NCBI GenBank assembly: GCA_043228905.1
Contig: JBHGNT010000008.1
Location: 14,136,001 to 14,200,000, forward strand
Length of the DNA stretch: 64,000 nucleotides
Source of the DNA: Azolla caroliniana
Taxonomy: Eukaryota; Plantae; Polypodiophyta
Direction: 5' to 3'
Of the stretch, positions 34,491 to 44,551 are shown one piece after another. The position numbers and the translations under genes are program-made. How positions within the stretch are numbered: the first letter of the stretch is position 1; every line of letters starts with the position of its first letter. The notes under the pieces are model-generated. The model ran no database searches and had not been told where the DNA came from. It worked only from the letters and a program-made list of their open reading frames with translations.

Positions 34491-36396
34491 CGTACTGTGT
34501 ATATTCAAGCTCTCCATTAAACCTGTGTTTCTGTGTTCAGTTTTCTATTGCTTCCGCATGCTATTCTTTTTACATGGTATTAGAGTGTGAGGGTTGAGAA
34601 CCTCTACAGCCGACCTTAGCTCGAGAAGAAAACCTAACATTCGTAGAGAATAGGAAGAACAAAATGGATAGAGGCATGGCTAGCTCGCTTCCTACTGAGA
34701 AGCTCGACAGAAACAACTACGCGTCTTGGTCGTACAAGATGCACCAGTACCTGCTCGGGCATGGATACTGGAGCTATGTCGACGAAGCAAATGACACAGC
34801 ACCCAATTTGACACACAAAGATTTCCCGGCTTGGGAACATTCGGCGAGCAGAGTTCTCTACTGCTTCGCATCTTGTGTGGCCGAACAACTTCTAAGCTAT
34901 ATTCGGGATGTGAAAACGCTGAAGGATGCTTGGGGAAATCTGAAAAAGATTTTCGCCGCAAGAACCACAGCCAGGAAGCTTCAACTCCGATAGGAGTTGA
35001 GCAACTTACAACAACGCGACTTGTCGGTGGCTGATTACACCTCGAAGATCAAAGAGATATGTGACTCCTTAGCGTCAATCGATGTGAACGTTGAGGAAGG
35101 CGAGATGGTGCAGATCTGTCTCGGGGGACTGGCGTTGAAGTTCGGAGCGTTCCGAACTGTTGTGTGTACACGGGAGAATACGCCGTCGTTTTTCGACCTA
35201 GAGTCGATGCTCCTTATAGAGGAGAACCACGCAGGTGCGTCGATGAGTACGCACACCGATAGCAAGATGATGTACATGGAGGGAGATAGGCCCCGTGGTC
35301 GTGGCAGATGAGTCGAGTCGGTGCGCAATGGAAGCGGCCGACAGGATCAAGGAAGAAGGCATCGAAGTGCCGACAACAATTCCGGACCTTCCGGAAACAG
35401 GGGGAGTCGAGGGGACGAGAACCGGCAAGGGAAACCCATCGCTGAATGTTGGTACCGTGGCAAGAAAGACCACAAGGAGAATCTGTGTTGGAAGAAGTGC
35501 GTTGATTCGAAGAAAACCGGAACCGGATGCGGACAAACCGACAAAGGAAATCGTCCATGTTTTGCTCGCAGTAGTTGTGGCGAAGGGGTGGCACTTACAC
35601 CAGATGGATGTAAAGAATGCGTTCCTGCAAGGTGAGCTTGAGGAACAGGTGTACATGGCACAACCCCCCGGATTTCACTCCGGAACGAACACCTTGGCAG
35701 TGTGCCGATTGAAGAAGTCCCTTTACGGACTAAAGCAAGCCCCGCGTGCCTGGTATGCGAAGATCATGCAAGGATTGCGTCGGATGGGCTTTGCGACGTC
35801 AAAATTGGACTCCTCACTTCTCTTCGCGTCGGATTGCATCGGATGTGTCGTTGGCATCAAGTGCCCACATTTCTTCCTCCATAGAAGCGCCAACACGATG
35901 ACAGCAACGGAGCTGAGAAGGGTCGCACGGGCACGCAAGCTGACCAGAAGGGTCGAGGCGCGCGGATCGAACAGGTCGAGGAGCGCAAGCAAGGTGTGAA
36001 GCCAGAAGGAACCAGAGCGTAGATCCGGAAGAGCGGATGGAACCTCAAGTTGAGCATGAGGGGGAGTGTTGAGATACAAGCTCAACATTGGCCAGATCAG
36101 TTGTGCAAGCCGAGAACCGGATCGGTTGGGATCGATCGGTTAGGCCGGACCGGTACGTAAACCGGGTGCATAAACCAGTGCGCAACGAGAAGGCGTAGCG
36201 GTGCGTAAACCGTGAGGCCGTTGGAAAGATATTCCACATAGGAATATATTTTGAGAATTAGTGTAGAGCTCACTTATGAGCATTGAAGTACGTGTCAGTA
36301 CTTCTGTCAGTCCGTATGGACTTGTATAAAAGTGCTCACTGAGCACATCCTATGTACAGACTGAGCATTATTTTTTGAATTGAGTTTCGTGTGCAC

Positions 36397-36442
<46 letters not shown>

Positions 36443-36527
36443 GCATACTGTGTATATTCAAGATCTCCATTAAACCTGCGTTTCTGTGTTCAGTTTTCTA
36501 TTGCTTCCGCACGCTATTCTTTTTACA
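34083..36527 (+). mobile_element. C4: 2.4-kb non-autonomous copia (gag plus small RT fragment); LTRs 34083-34574 and 36067-36527
   Basis: Perfect TSD CCCTT; PBS TGGTATTAGAG 34575-34585; PPT GAGGGGGAG; gag KLDRNNYASWSYKM; RT fragment LHQMDVKNAFLQG..LYGLKQAPRAW. Confidence 0.93.
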
Positions 36528-38713
36528 CCCTTCAAGTTCGGTATGACGGACTGCAAATCCGTCTCAACTCCTCTAGACCGAAACATAAAGCTTCACCAAG
36601 GATCAGGTACAACGTGCGATGCGACATGGTTCCAACAAATTGCCAGAAGCCTCACCCGGTCGGACTTGAGCTATCCAGTTGGCTTGATTAGTTGATTCAT
36701 GTCGCAACCGACTCTCGAACACCTTCAATGCGCGCACAGGATCATGAGATATGTCAACGGCACTAAGGATATGGCGTTGTTATATCGGACTGGTGTAGCC
36801 AAACAACTTGTCGGCTACACAAATACCAACTGCACTGGAAATGGTGGCAATTGCCGCTCGACATCGGGTTATGCGTTCTCCTTGGGGAGTGCGACGATTG
36901 CCTAGACCAGCAAAAAGCAACCGACAATGGCATTGTCGAGCACTAAGGCCGAGTGTCGGGGAGCGGTTGCCGCAGCATGCGAAGCCATATTGCTCAAGAG
37001 GCTATTGAAAGATCTACGCATAGAGGTGTTTGAGCCAACAATAATATATTGTGACAACCTCAGTAGTATCTAACTAGCCAAGAACCCCGTCTTCCACGCC
37101 CAGACGAAGCACATTGAGGTGCACTATCATTTTGTCCGCAATCGAGTCCTCTCCGATGATGTCAAACTTGTACATGTTCCGACGAATCAACAAGTTGCCA
37201 ATATTTTCACCAAACCTCTCAACCTGGAAAAGTTGTGGCAATTCTCAGTTATGTTTGGTCTACAACATCACGACCTGCCGAAAGGTGAGAGGGGGAGAGA
37301 TGTCCAAGGAGCCGTATCAGATGAGGAATTTGATTTCAGAACAACTGAAGAAGTCGGAATGTCCAGATCGGTTGAAGAAGCCGAGGATATGTTGGATAGA
37401 TGGAAGAAGATCGGTTAAGTGGAGACTAGCTAGATGCAAGGGGAGCAGCCGAAAGAACGGGCCAAAGCCAGAGTCAATCGACCAAGTGAAGGCTACGGCA
37501 GATGTGGTCAAGGGCAAAAAAGAAGGCGAATCAGAGACAACTCATTCGGACAAGAGCGGGAACGAATCGGAGATAGCCGATTCGGTCGAAAGGTATGAAT
37601 CAGACAAGTTGAATTGTATGAAGGCCAAGTTGATGAGAGGGCAACTGAAGCCGATGCTAATACAGAAGAGTCGACGGGTCGAAGGGCACCAATACCCCGA
37701 CAACAAGGGATTTGGTAAGGGCTTGAAGCGCAGATGAACCGACCGTAGCTACATGTGAAGTCGTATGTCTCAAGAGGATTTTAAAGGATCTGGGCGTCCC
37801 CATCAAGGATCTGACTCCCATTTACTGCGACAATATGAGCAATATATATCTGGCTCGGAACCCGGTGTTCCATGCGCACACAAAGCACATCGAAATGCAT
37901 TATCACTTCATTCGAGAGCACGTATAGGCCGAAGATGTCGACCTTCAACACATCAACACGAATCTTCAGATAGCCGACATCTTCACCAAAGCCTTAGGAG
38001 CCGACAAGCTTCGGCAATTCATGTCAGACCTTGGATTGATGATCCGTTTCGGCTCGTACCCGGTTCAGTCAGTATCCGATTCTCGCTTGTACTGCCCCTC
38101 ACGCTTGGGGATCATGAACCGACCATAGGGATCGAGGTGCGCGGGACTGGACCAAGCGAGGAGTGCAAGGAAGGCGTGAGATGCTAGGAGAAGCCGGAGG
38201 CTAGGACCAGCTGGAGTTGACGCATTGGGACCTCAAGTTGAGTTGTTACCGGCCGGCAAGGAGTCCAAAATACGGAGTGAAGGAATTAATTAGATATGGT
38301 TGTAAATGAGCATAGTGTGGACGGACGGACTGGAAACGGTATGCCGTTCCAGATCCGGACGGATCCCGAATAGGTGCGAGAGGCACCGTTTTGTACTACG
38401 GGCCGGAAACCTATTTAAAGGCCCGGACCCCATTGTAATGACAGCGGATAATTAATAGAGCTTATGATGTTTATACTTCTGTCTTGATTTCCGTTCTGTA
38501 ATTACTGTTATATCTTACGCGTGCAATTAACCAAAGCATTCTAATCGTGTAACTTACGTAAGTCGGTGTAATCGTCGAATCTTAATCCTATGCCGTAATC
38601 ACCCTTTGGTGAAGTGTCTCCGTGACACCTTGTGTTAGGCCTTGTCCGGTCAGAGAATAACACAGTTTTGGCGACCACGATTCCTGCTTTTTCGCAGCGA
38701 ACGACGGTAATGG

Positions 38714-41700
38714 ATGACTAGACCAACGCACGACTTGGTTACAGACCGAGCTCGACGCCTCGCCGAACGGCAAAGACGGCGTGAGACTTTCCAGCAAGCA
38801 GCGCAGGAAATTCGCTCGGATCGTTCGTTCTCCAACGAGATCCGGAGAGTCGCGGAGGAATCTCTCCGGTTACGGCAAACTCGCGACCAGGACGACGGAA
38901 GCAGTCTAAGTAGTCTCCGGGAAACCGAACGACTCCTGGAGGCGCTGGCAAGCGGAGAAAACGAGGCAGAAGCCTTTTCAGCCTACGAATCGGATTCCGA
39001 AGGGGGATACAGCGTGCACACGAACTACCAGAGCAGCAATGATACCCCCGGCGGCCCGGAGGACGATGGGTCGGATACCGTGCCGACTCCAGAACCGGAA
39101 CCGCTCAACCAGGGCTATCCGGAAACGCAAACGGAAGCCGTAAACCCACCAACACCGGAAGTTGAAGAAGCAAAGCCACCAACACCAACGAAAGAGCCGG
39201 CAAAGGTACCGGAAGAAGAGCCGGTAAAGGAACCGGAAAAAGAACCGGAAAAAGCACCGGCAAAACAACCGGAAGTGGAACCGGAGAGAAAACCGGAAAG
39301 ATATCAACAAACGCCACTAAACCGCGGCCTAATACTGGACGACGACATGCCGTTCCAATACTCAAAATATCGCGATGATCCGGACGCGGAAGCGCATGTT
39401 CATGACTTCGAGCAGACATGGGAAGCAAATCACACGTCCCAGCGAATGACACGGGAGGAAGAAGAACGCTCGAAGATAGCGGAATTCGGAGTCACGTTGG
39501 AGGGACCAGCGACACGATGGCGGCGGACGCAGGACCCGGCGACCATCACAACCTTTGCAGAATTAAAAGCAAAATTCTTGCATTTTTTCCACAAGGAGGT
39601 CGACCAGACGACAATGGTGGGCCTGTTTTATACGATCCGGCAGGAGGCAGGGGAAAGCATTCCCCAATTCTTCATCCGTTTCCAACGAATGCATAGCCAG
39701 CTTGCCCGTGCACCCCCGGAGGAGGAATTACGGACGATATTTCTAAACGCACTCCGGGAACCGTTACGCACGGTGTGTACGGTAATCGACTTTCGAGGAT
39801 GCACCATCGACCAGGTCATTGACCGGGTCAGAGAAATGGAAAAGACAAGCTCATGGCTTACGCTGGGAACACTGCAACGGGCGTTACCCACCGAGGAAGA
39901 TCTCCGGTTCCGGCAGGCAATTCAATGCACAATCTGCTTGAATGCCGGACACTCGGCAGTAGAGTGCACCATGCGCACTCAGTGTGTGATTTGTCAATCC
40001 AAGAGTCATACAACGGACCGGTGCGAGTACAACCTGTTAAATCGACAAGCACCACCCGTCCGACGGATCGAGCCAAGAAGCAGCCGAGACGAAGATGACG
40101 ATCGTTGGCAAAGAATGAACCGGTACCCACCGGCACAGGATGTCCGGTACGGGGACAGGCAAGAGAATGATGGCCGGTACGGGAATCGGCGTGATAACTA
40201 CGACCGGTATGAGCGATCGGACCGTTATCGGGAGCCCAACAGACGACACGAGCAATACGACAGAGACCATTCCCCGGGTTACCGAAGGCACCAGGAGGAC
40301 TACGGCCGATTTTACGATCTACCACGACCGGACTACCGAAATAAAAATAAGAATAATAAGAAACGTAATTTCAAGAAAGGTGGTCACACTAGGGACCCGG
40401 AACAGGGAACCCCAAGGAGCCAACCGGCACAGAACGCACCACTCACTACGGGACCGACTCCGGCTACCAGCAATGCTGAATCCAGCAATACCCGTAAAGA
40501 GTACTGCTACTACTGCAGGCAGGAAGGCCACTACAGTAACCAGTGCCCGGTAAAGAGCTACGAGAAACGACCAGCAGTTAATATGGTGGTTCCGGAAGTG
40601 GCGGATTTACAGCAAGTAACCACACGGTCGAAAGGCATGGCCAAAGAGTGGGAAACACAAGAGGCCATACGAAAACAGGCGACGGAATGGGTGAAGGAAG
40701 CCAATGAAAGGAACGTCGCGGACGCGGAACGGCAAAAGGCGAATACCATAGGGAGTGCCGGCGGTAGCCACCCAGAAAACGAGACATGGCAAGCACTGCA
40801 AGAATGCCAGATCACGTTACCATTAGGAAGACTCTTGCAGCTCGTGCCGCGGTTCACAGAAGGACTAAAAACGGTCATGACAGACGGTATAGCCCCACCG
40901 GCACCAGTCCTCTTCTCGAATCCAGAGGAGGGACCGACGGTGGTGGACACTAGTAGTCCGGTGATCACAGCTATTGTCAAAGGGCACGAACTTCCCGGCA
41001 CAGTAATCAATGGAGGTTCCGGAGTGAACGTAATAAGCCTCCGCACGTGTGATGCCTTGGGTATACATGAATGGGAGCCATGTCCGTTCTGGCTACGGAT
41101 GGCGGATACGAGCTCTGTACGGCCAACGGGCTTAATACGGAAATTGGAAGTCACCATAGGAGGCCACACATTTCACATCTCGGCTGTAGTGCTGCAGCTA
41201 CAGGCGCAAGGCGCGTACCCACTGTTGCTGGGCAGACCATGGTTGAAAACAGCACACATCAAGCAAAATTGGCGGAAAAATATGATTACCTTCCGGTGCG
41301 GAAAAGCCAAGGTCCGGGTTCCGACACAACCACGGACGAGCAACGGTAAGGAATGCACACCGCTGTATGCGGAATGTGTGAACATGCTTGAAGGATTCGC
41401 AGACGACGAAGAAGCCCAGTACTTGGAGGAACACCCGAAGATCGTACCACTCTTCGAGATCGACGTAGCTGAAGCCGTAGCCCCATACTTGCCGCAGCGG
41501 GACGACACCGAAGCCGAACCAGACAAAGATGCGATTCGGGAATTACGGCAAGCACAGGAAGCGTTGGAACGGGAAATGGCCGTTTCCCAACGGGTAAAAG
41601 CATCCCAGCTCGACGAAGTGAACCTAGGAAGCAAGGATGAATCAAAGCCGGTACACATCGCCAAAGAAATGAAGCCGGAAGATAAAGCGGCGATGATCAA

Positions 41701-44551
41701 ACTTCTTATGGAGTTTCGCGACGTATTCGCCTGGTCATACGAGGACATGCGAGGGCTGGACCCTCAATTATATCAGCATCAGATCCACTTAGGCAAGGAC
41801 GCGAAACCAGTGGCGCAAAGACGATACCGAATGAACCCCAACTACGCCGCCAAAGTGAAGGAGGAAATCGACAAACTCCTAAGAGTGGGCTTCATCCGGC
41901 CGGTAAAGAAAGCGACGTGGCTGAGCCCCATCGTCGTCGTCCCAAAGAAGAACGGTAAAATCCGTGTGTGTGTAGATTACAGGAAACTAAATGCCGCCAC
42001 AATTACGGATGCATTCCCTCTTCCGTTCACGGATGGAGTACTGGATGCCGTCGCCGGCCATGAAGTTTATAGCTTTTTAGACGGCTTCAGCGGATACAAT
42101 CAAATCCGGATGCACCCCGACGACCAGGAGAAGACAGCGTTCGTCACCGAATGGGGGGTGTTTGTGGCCGAAGTCATGATGTTCGGCCTAAAAACGGCAC
42201 CAGCAACGTTCCAGCGAATCATCATGGAGATCTTCGGCGAATACATTCCTGCTTTCATGCAAGTTTTCCTGGATGATTTTGCAGTCTATAGCCGGGGAAA
42301 AGACCATTTGCAGCACCTACGGTTATGCCTTGAAAAGTGTAGGTTATACCGGCTAAGCTTAAACCCAGCAAAATGCATCTTTGGGGTTTCAAGTGGAATA
42401 TTGTTGGGACACATTGTAAGTAAGGAGGGCATTGCGGTCGACCCGGACAAAGTAAACGCCATACTAGGGGCACCGGCGCCGAAAACGGCCAAAGCACTAA
42501 GCCGATTCTTAGGACAGATCCGGTGGCACAGCCGGATGCTCCGTCACTTGGCTGACTTGGCTACACCATTACACGCCGCGGTACATCGGACACCGTTCCA
42601 ATGGACGGATACGGAGGATAAGGCATACAATGCCCTGAAGGTACTTTTGTCGCAAGCACCCGTCGTGCAGCCGCCGGATTGGAGCAAGGAATTTCACGTG
42701 TTCGTTGACGCGTCCGACATCGCTAATGGCAGCGCCTTAATGCAACTTACGGAGCCTAAATGGTACCAGCCGGTATATTACGCCAGCCGGAAGCTGTCCC
42801 AAGCGGAAAAGAACTATTCAACGACAGAACGGGAGGCCCTGGGCATGATCTACAGTGTAACAAAGTTTCGTCATTACCTATTGGGAAGGAAGTTCTCCTT
42901 CCATGTGGATCACTCGGCGCTCCTGTACTTAGTGTCCAAGGCGTCCTTGACCGGTAAGTTGGCCCGTTGGACCTTGCTGTTGCAGGAGTTCGAATTCGAG
43001 ATCTTCCACCGGCCCGGTATCCAGCATGCCGTAGCAGACTACCTGAGCCGGTTAGAGTCCGGAGAAGCAGGCGACGGAGTAGCGGATGAATTCCCGGACG
43101 CAGAGTTATTCCGTATCACCCCGGAAACGGCAACGGACGACACGGTGGCATCGGAAGATAGGTGGCTGACAAACATGCACCAGTTCCTAAGCACGAGCCT
43201 GCCACCAGAGGAAATGAACCGGGACGAGAGGAAACGACTGGCGGTGCAGAGCCGCAATTTCTGCCTGTTACGGGACACTCTCTACCACAAGGGAGCAGAT
43301 GGAATATGGAGACGGGCAGTCCGTAGTGACGAGATAGAAGTAATCTTATGGGAAGCACACTGTGGGGTTGCCGGAGGACATTACGCCGGGGAAGCGACGG
43401 CAAGGAAAGTATGGCAGAGCGGCTTATGGTGGCCCACGACGTTAAAAGACGCCGTCAAGTATGCTAAGGAATGTGACCTATGCCAACGAATGGGCCAGCC
43501 TACGGAGCAAGCACGGATGCCACACCAACCGGTACTTCCACTAGAGCCATTCCAGAAGTGGGGGTTGGATTTTGTCGGACCGTTCAAGCCACCGGCAATG
43601 AGAACGGGTAACCGTTATGTCATCGTGGCAACGGATTATTGCACTAAATGGGTGGAGGCTAAGGCCTTGAGAGACAATACCGCGTCATCCACAGCAAAAT
43701 TCCTGTACGAGAACATTTGGTGCCGATATGGATGTCCGATTGAACTAATCAGTGACCAAGGAGGGCACTTCCTCGGCCAGGTAGTGGAAAGCTTAACAAC
43801 GTTCTATGCCGTGGTTCATAAACGAAGCACACCGTACTACCCACAAGCGAACGGGTTAGCAGAATCCACCAACAAAACGCTGCAGAACATTCTCCGCAAA
43901 ATTATCAATGAAAACCGGACGGACTGGGACACAAAGCTCCATAGCGCGCTATGGGCGTACAGAACGGCATACAAAACAAGTATCCGGACAACGCCGTTCC
44001 GGTTAGCATTCGGCTTAGAAGCGGTCATGCCGGTGGAATTTCAGGTACCAAGCTTACGGATCCAACTACGGGAACGGCTGAATGAAAAGAAGTCGGAGGA
44101 AATGCGGCTAGCAGCACTATGCGAACTGGAGGAGCAACGGCTGGCCAGCATCCTACACATGGAACTGGAGCAACGACGACGGAAAGCGTTCGTTGACCGT
44201 CACCGGAAAGGTAATGAGAAGATGTTCGAAATCGGAAAGCCGGTGCTAGTATTCCAAACGAGGATGGGCAAGATGCCGGGTAAACTCCGGTTCAGATGGA
44301 CAGGCCTGTATTGGCTGACATGGGAATACAACGGGTCCTATCAGATAGGGACACTTGCCGGTAAAGTACTAGGCAAGTGGGTGAACGGATTTCGACTAAA
44401 GCCCTATAAAGGACCGATGCCAAAGAACCCGTTTATGCAGCTCACCGGCACTACACCGGGGAACCTGTCCGGGATCGGTACGGATCGGTCCGGAAGAAAA
44501 AGACGACGGGGAACCAGTAGCAGAGGCGAAGGAAGACACGGCAACCCGTAA
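38714..44551 (+). CDS. G3 single-frame Gag-Pol polyprotein (3x CCHC, PR, RT, RH, INT)
   Basis: Uninterrupted 1945-aa ORF; FLDD RT motif and DEFPD RH-INT linker as in Athila-like elements; protease site reads INGGSG (D>N). Confidence 0.97.
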   Translation: MTRPTHDLVTDRARRLAERQRRRETFQQAAQEIRSDRSFSNEIRRVAEESLRLRQTRDQDDGSSLSSLRETERLLEALASGENEAEAFSAYESDSEGGYSVHTNYQSSNDTPGGPEDDGSDTVPTPEPEPLNQGYPETQTEAVNPPTPEVEEAKPPTPTKEPAKVPEEEPVKEPEKEPEKAPAKQPEVEPERKPERYQQTPLNRGLILDDDMPFQYSKYRDDPDAEAHVHDFEQTWEANHTSQRMTREEEERSKIAEFGVTLEGPATRWRRTQDPATITTFAELKAKFLHFFHKEVDQTTMVGLFYTIRQEAGESIPQFFIRFQRMHSQLARAPPEEELRTIFLNALREPLRTVCTVIDFRGCTIDQVIDRVREMEKTSSWLTLGTLQRALPTEEDLRFRQAIQCTICLNAGHSAVECTMRTQCVICQSKSHTTDRCEYNLLNRQAPPVRRIEPRSSRDEDDDRWQRMNRYPPAQDVRYGDRQENDGRYGNRRDNYDRYERSDRYREPNRRHEQYDRDHSPGYRRHQEDYGRFYDLPRPDYRNKNKNNKKRNFKKGGHTRDPEQGTPRSQPAQNAPLTTGPTPATSNAESSNTRKEYCYYCRQEGHYSNQCPVKSYEKRPAVNMVVPEVADLQQVTTRSKGMAKEWETQEAIRKQATEWVKEANERNVADAERQKANTIGSAGGSHPENETWQALQECQITLPLGRLLQLVPRFTEGLKTVMTDGIAPPAPVLFSNPEEGPTVVDTSSPVITAIVKGHELPGTVINGGSGVNVISLRTCDALGIHEWEPCPFWLRMADTSSVRPTGLIRKLEVTIGGHTFHISAVVLQLQAQGAYPLLLGRPWLKTAHIKQNWRKNMITFRCGKAKVRVPTQPRTSNGKECTPLYAECVNMLEGFADDEEAQYLEEHPKIVPLFEIDVAEAVAPYLPQRDDTEAEPDKDAIRELRQAQEALEREMAVSQRVKASQLDEVNLGSKDESKPVHIAKEMKPEDKAAMIKLLMEFRDVFAWSYEDMRGLDPQLYQHQIHLGKDAKPVAQRRYRMNPNYAAKVKEEIDKLLRVGFIRPVKKATWLSPIVVVPKKNGKIRVCVDYRKLNAATITDAFPLPFTDGVLDAVAGHEVYSFLDGFSGYNQIRMHPDDQEKTAFVTEWGVFVAEVMMFGLKTAPATFQRIIMEIFGEYIPAFMQVFLDDFAVYSRGKDHLQHLRLCLEKCRLYRLSLNPAKCIFGVSSGILLGHIVSKEGIAVDPDKVNAILGAPAPKTAKALSRFLGQIRWHSRMLRHLADLATPLHAAVHRTPFQWTDTEDKAYNALKVLLSQAPVVQPPDWSKEFHVFVDASDIANGSALMQLTEPKWYQPVYYASRKLSQAEKNYSTTEREALGMIYSVTKFRHYLLGRKFSFHVDHSALLYLVSKASLTGKLARWTLLLQEFEFEIFHRPGIQHAVADYLSRLESGEAGDGVADEFPDAELFRITPETATDDTVASEDRWLTNMHQFLSTSLPPEEMNRDERKRLAVQSRNFCLLRDTLYHKGADGIWRRAVRSDEIEVILWEAHCGVAGGHYAGEATARKVWQSGLWWPTTLKDAVKYAKECDLCQRMGQPTEQARMPHQPVLPLEPFQKWGLDFVGPFKPPAMRTGNRYVIVATDYCTKWVEAKALRDNTASSTAKFLYENIWCRYGCPIELISDQGGHFLGQVVESLTTFYAVVHKRSTPYYPQANGLAESTNKTLQNILRKIINENRTDWDTKLHSALWAYRTAYKTSIRTTPFRLAFGLEAVMPVEFQVPSLRIQLRERLNEKKSEEMRLAALCELEEQRLASILHMELEQRRRKAFVDRHRKGNEKMFEIGKPVLVFQTRMGKMPGKLRFRWTGLYWLTWEYNGSYQIGTLAGKVLGKWVNGFRLKPYKGPMPKNPFMQLTGTTPGNLSGIGTDRSGRKRRRGTSSRGEGRHGNP

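Noticed and set aside
38244-38662. Age paradox: identical G3 LTRs but 4 differences in the younger 652-bp duplication
   Set aside because: The counts are too small to exclude chance.
38669-38679. Self-priming by pairing of the 3' tRNA-like motif with the element's own PBS as the general model
   Set aside because: It works for G2 (10 of 11 pairs), but the G1/G3 PBS TGGCRACCACG pairs only over about 4-5 nt with GGGCGTGCCA, so the two ends do not covary.
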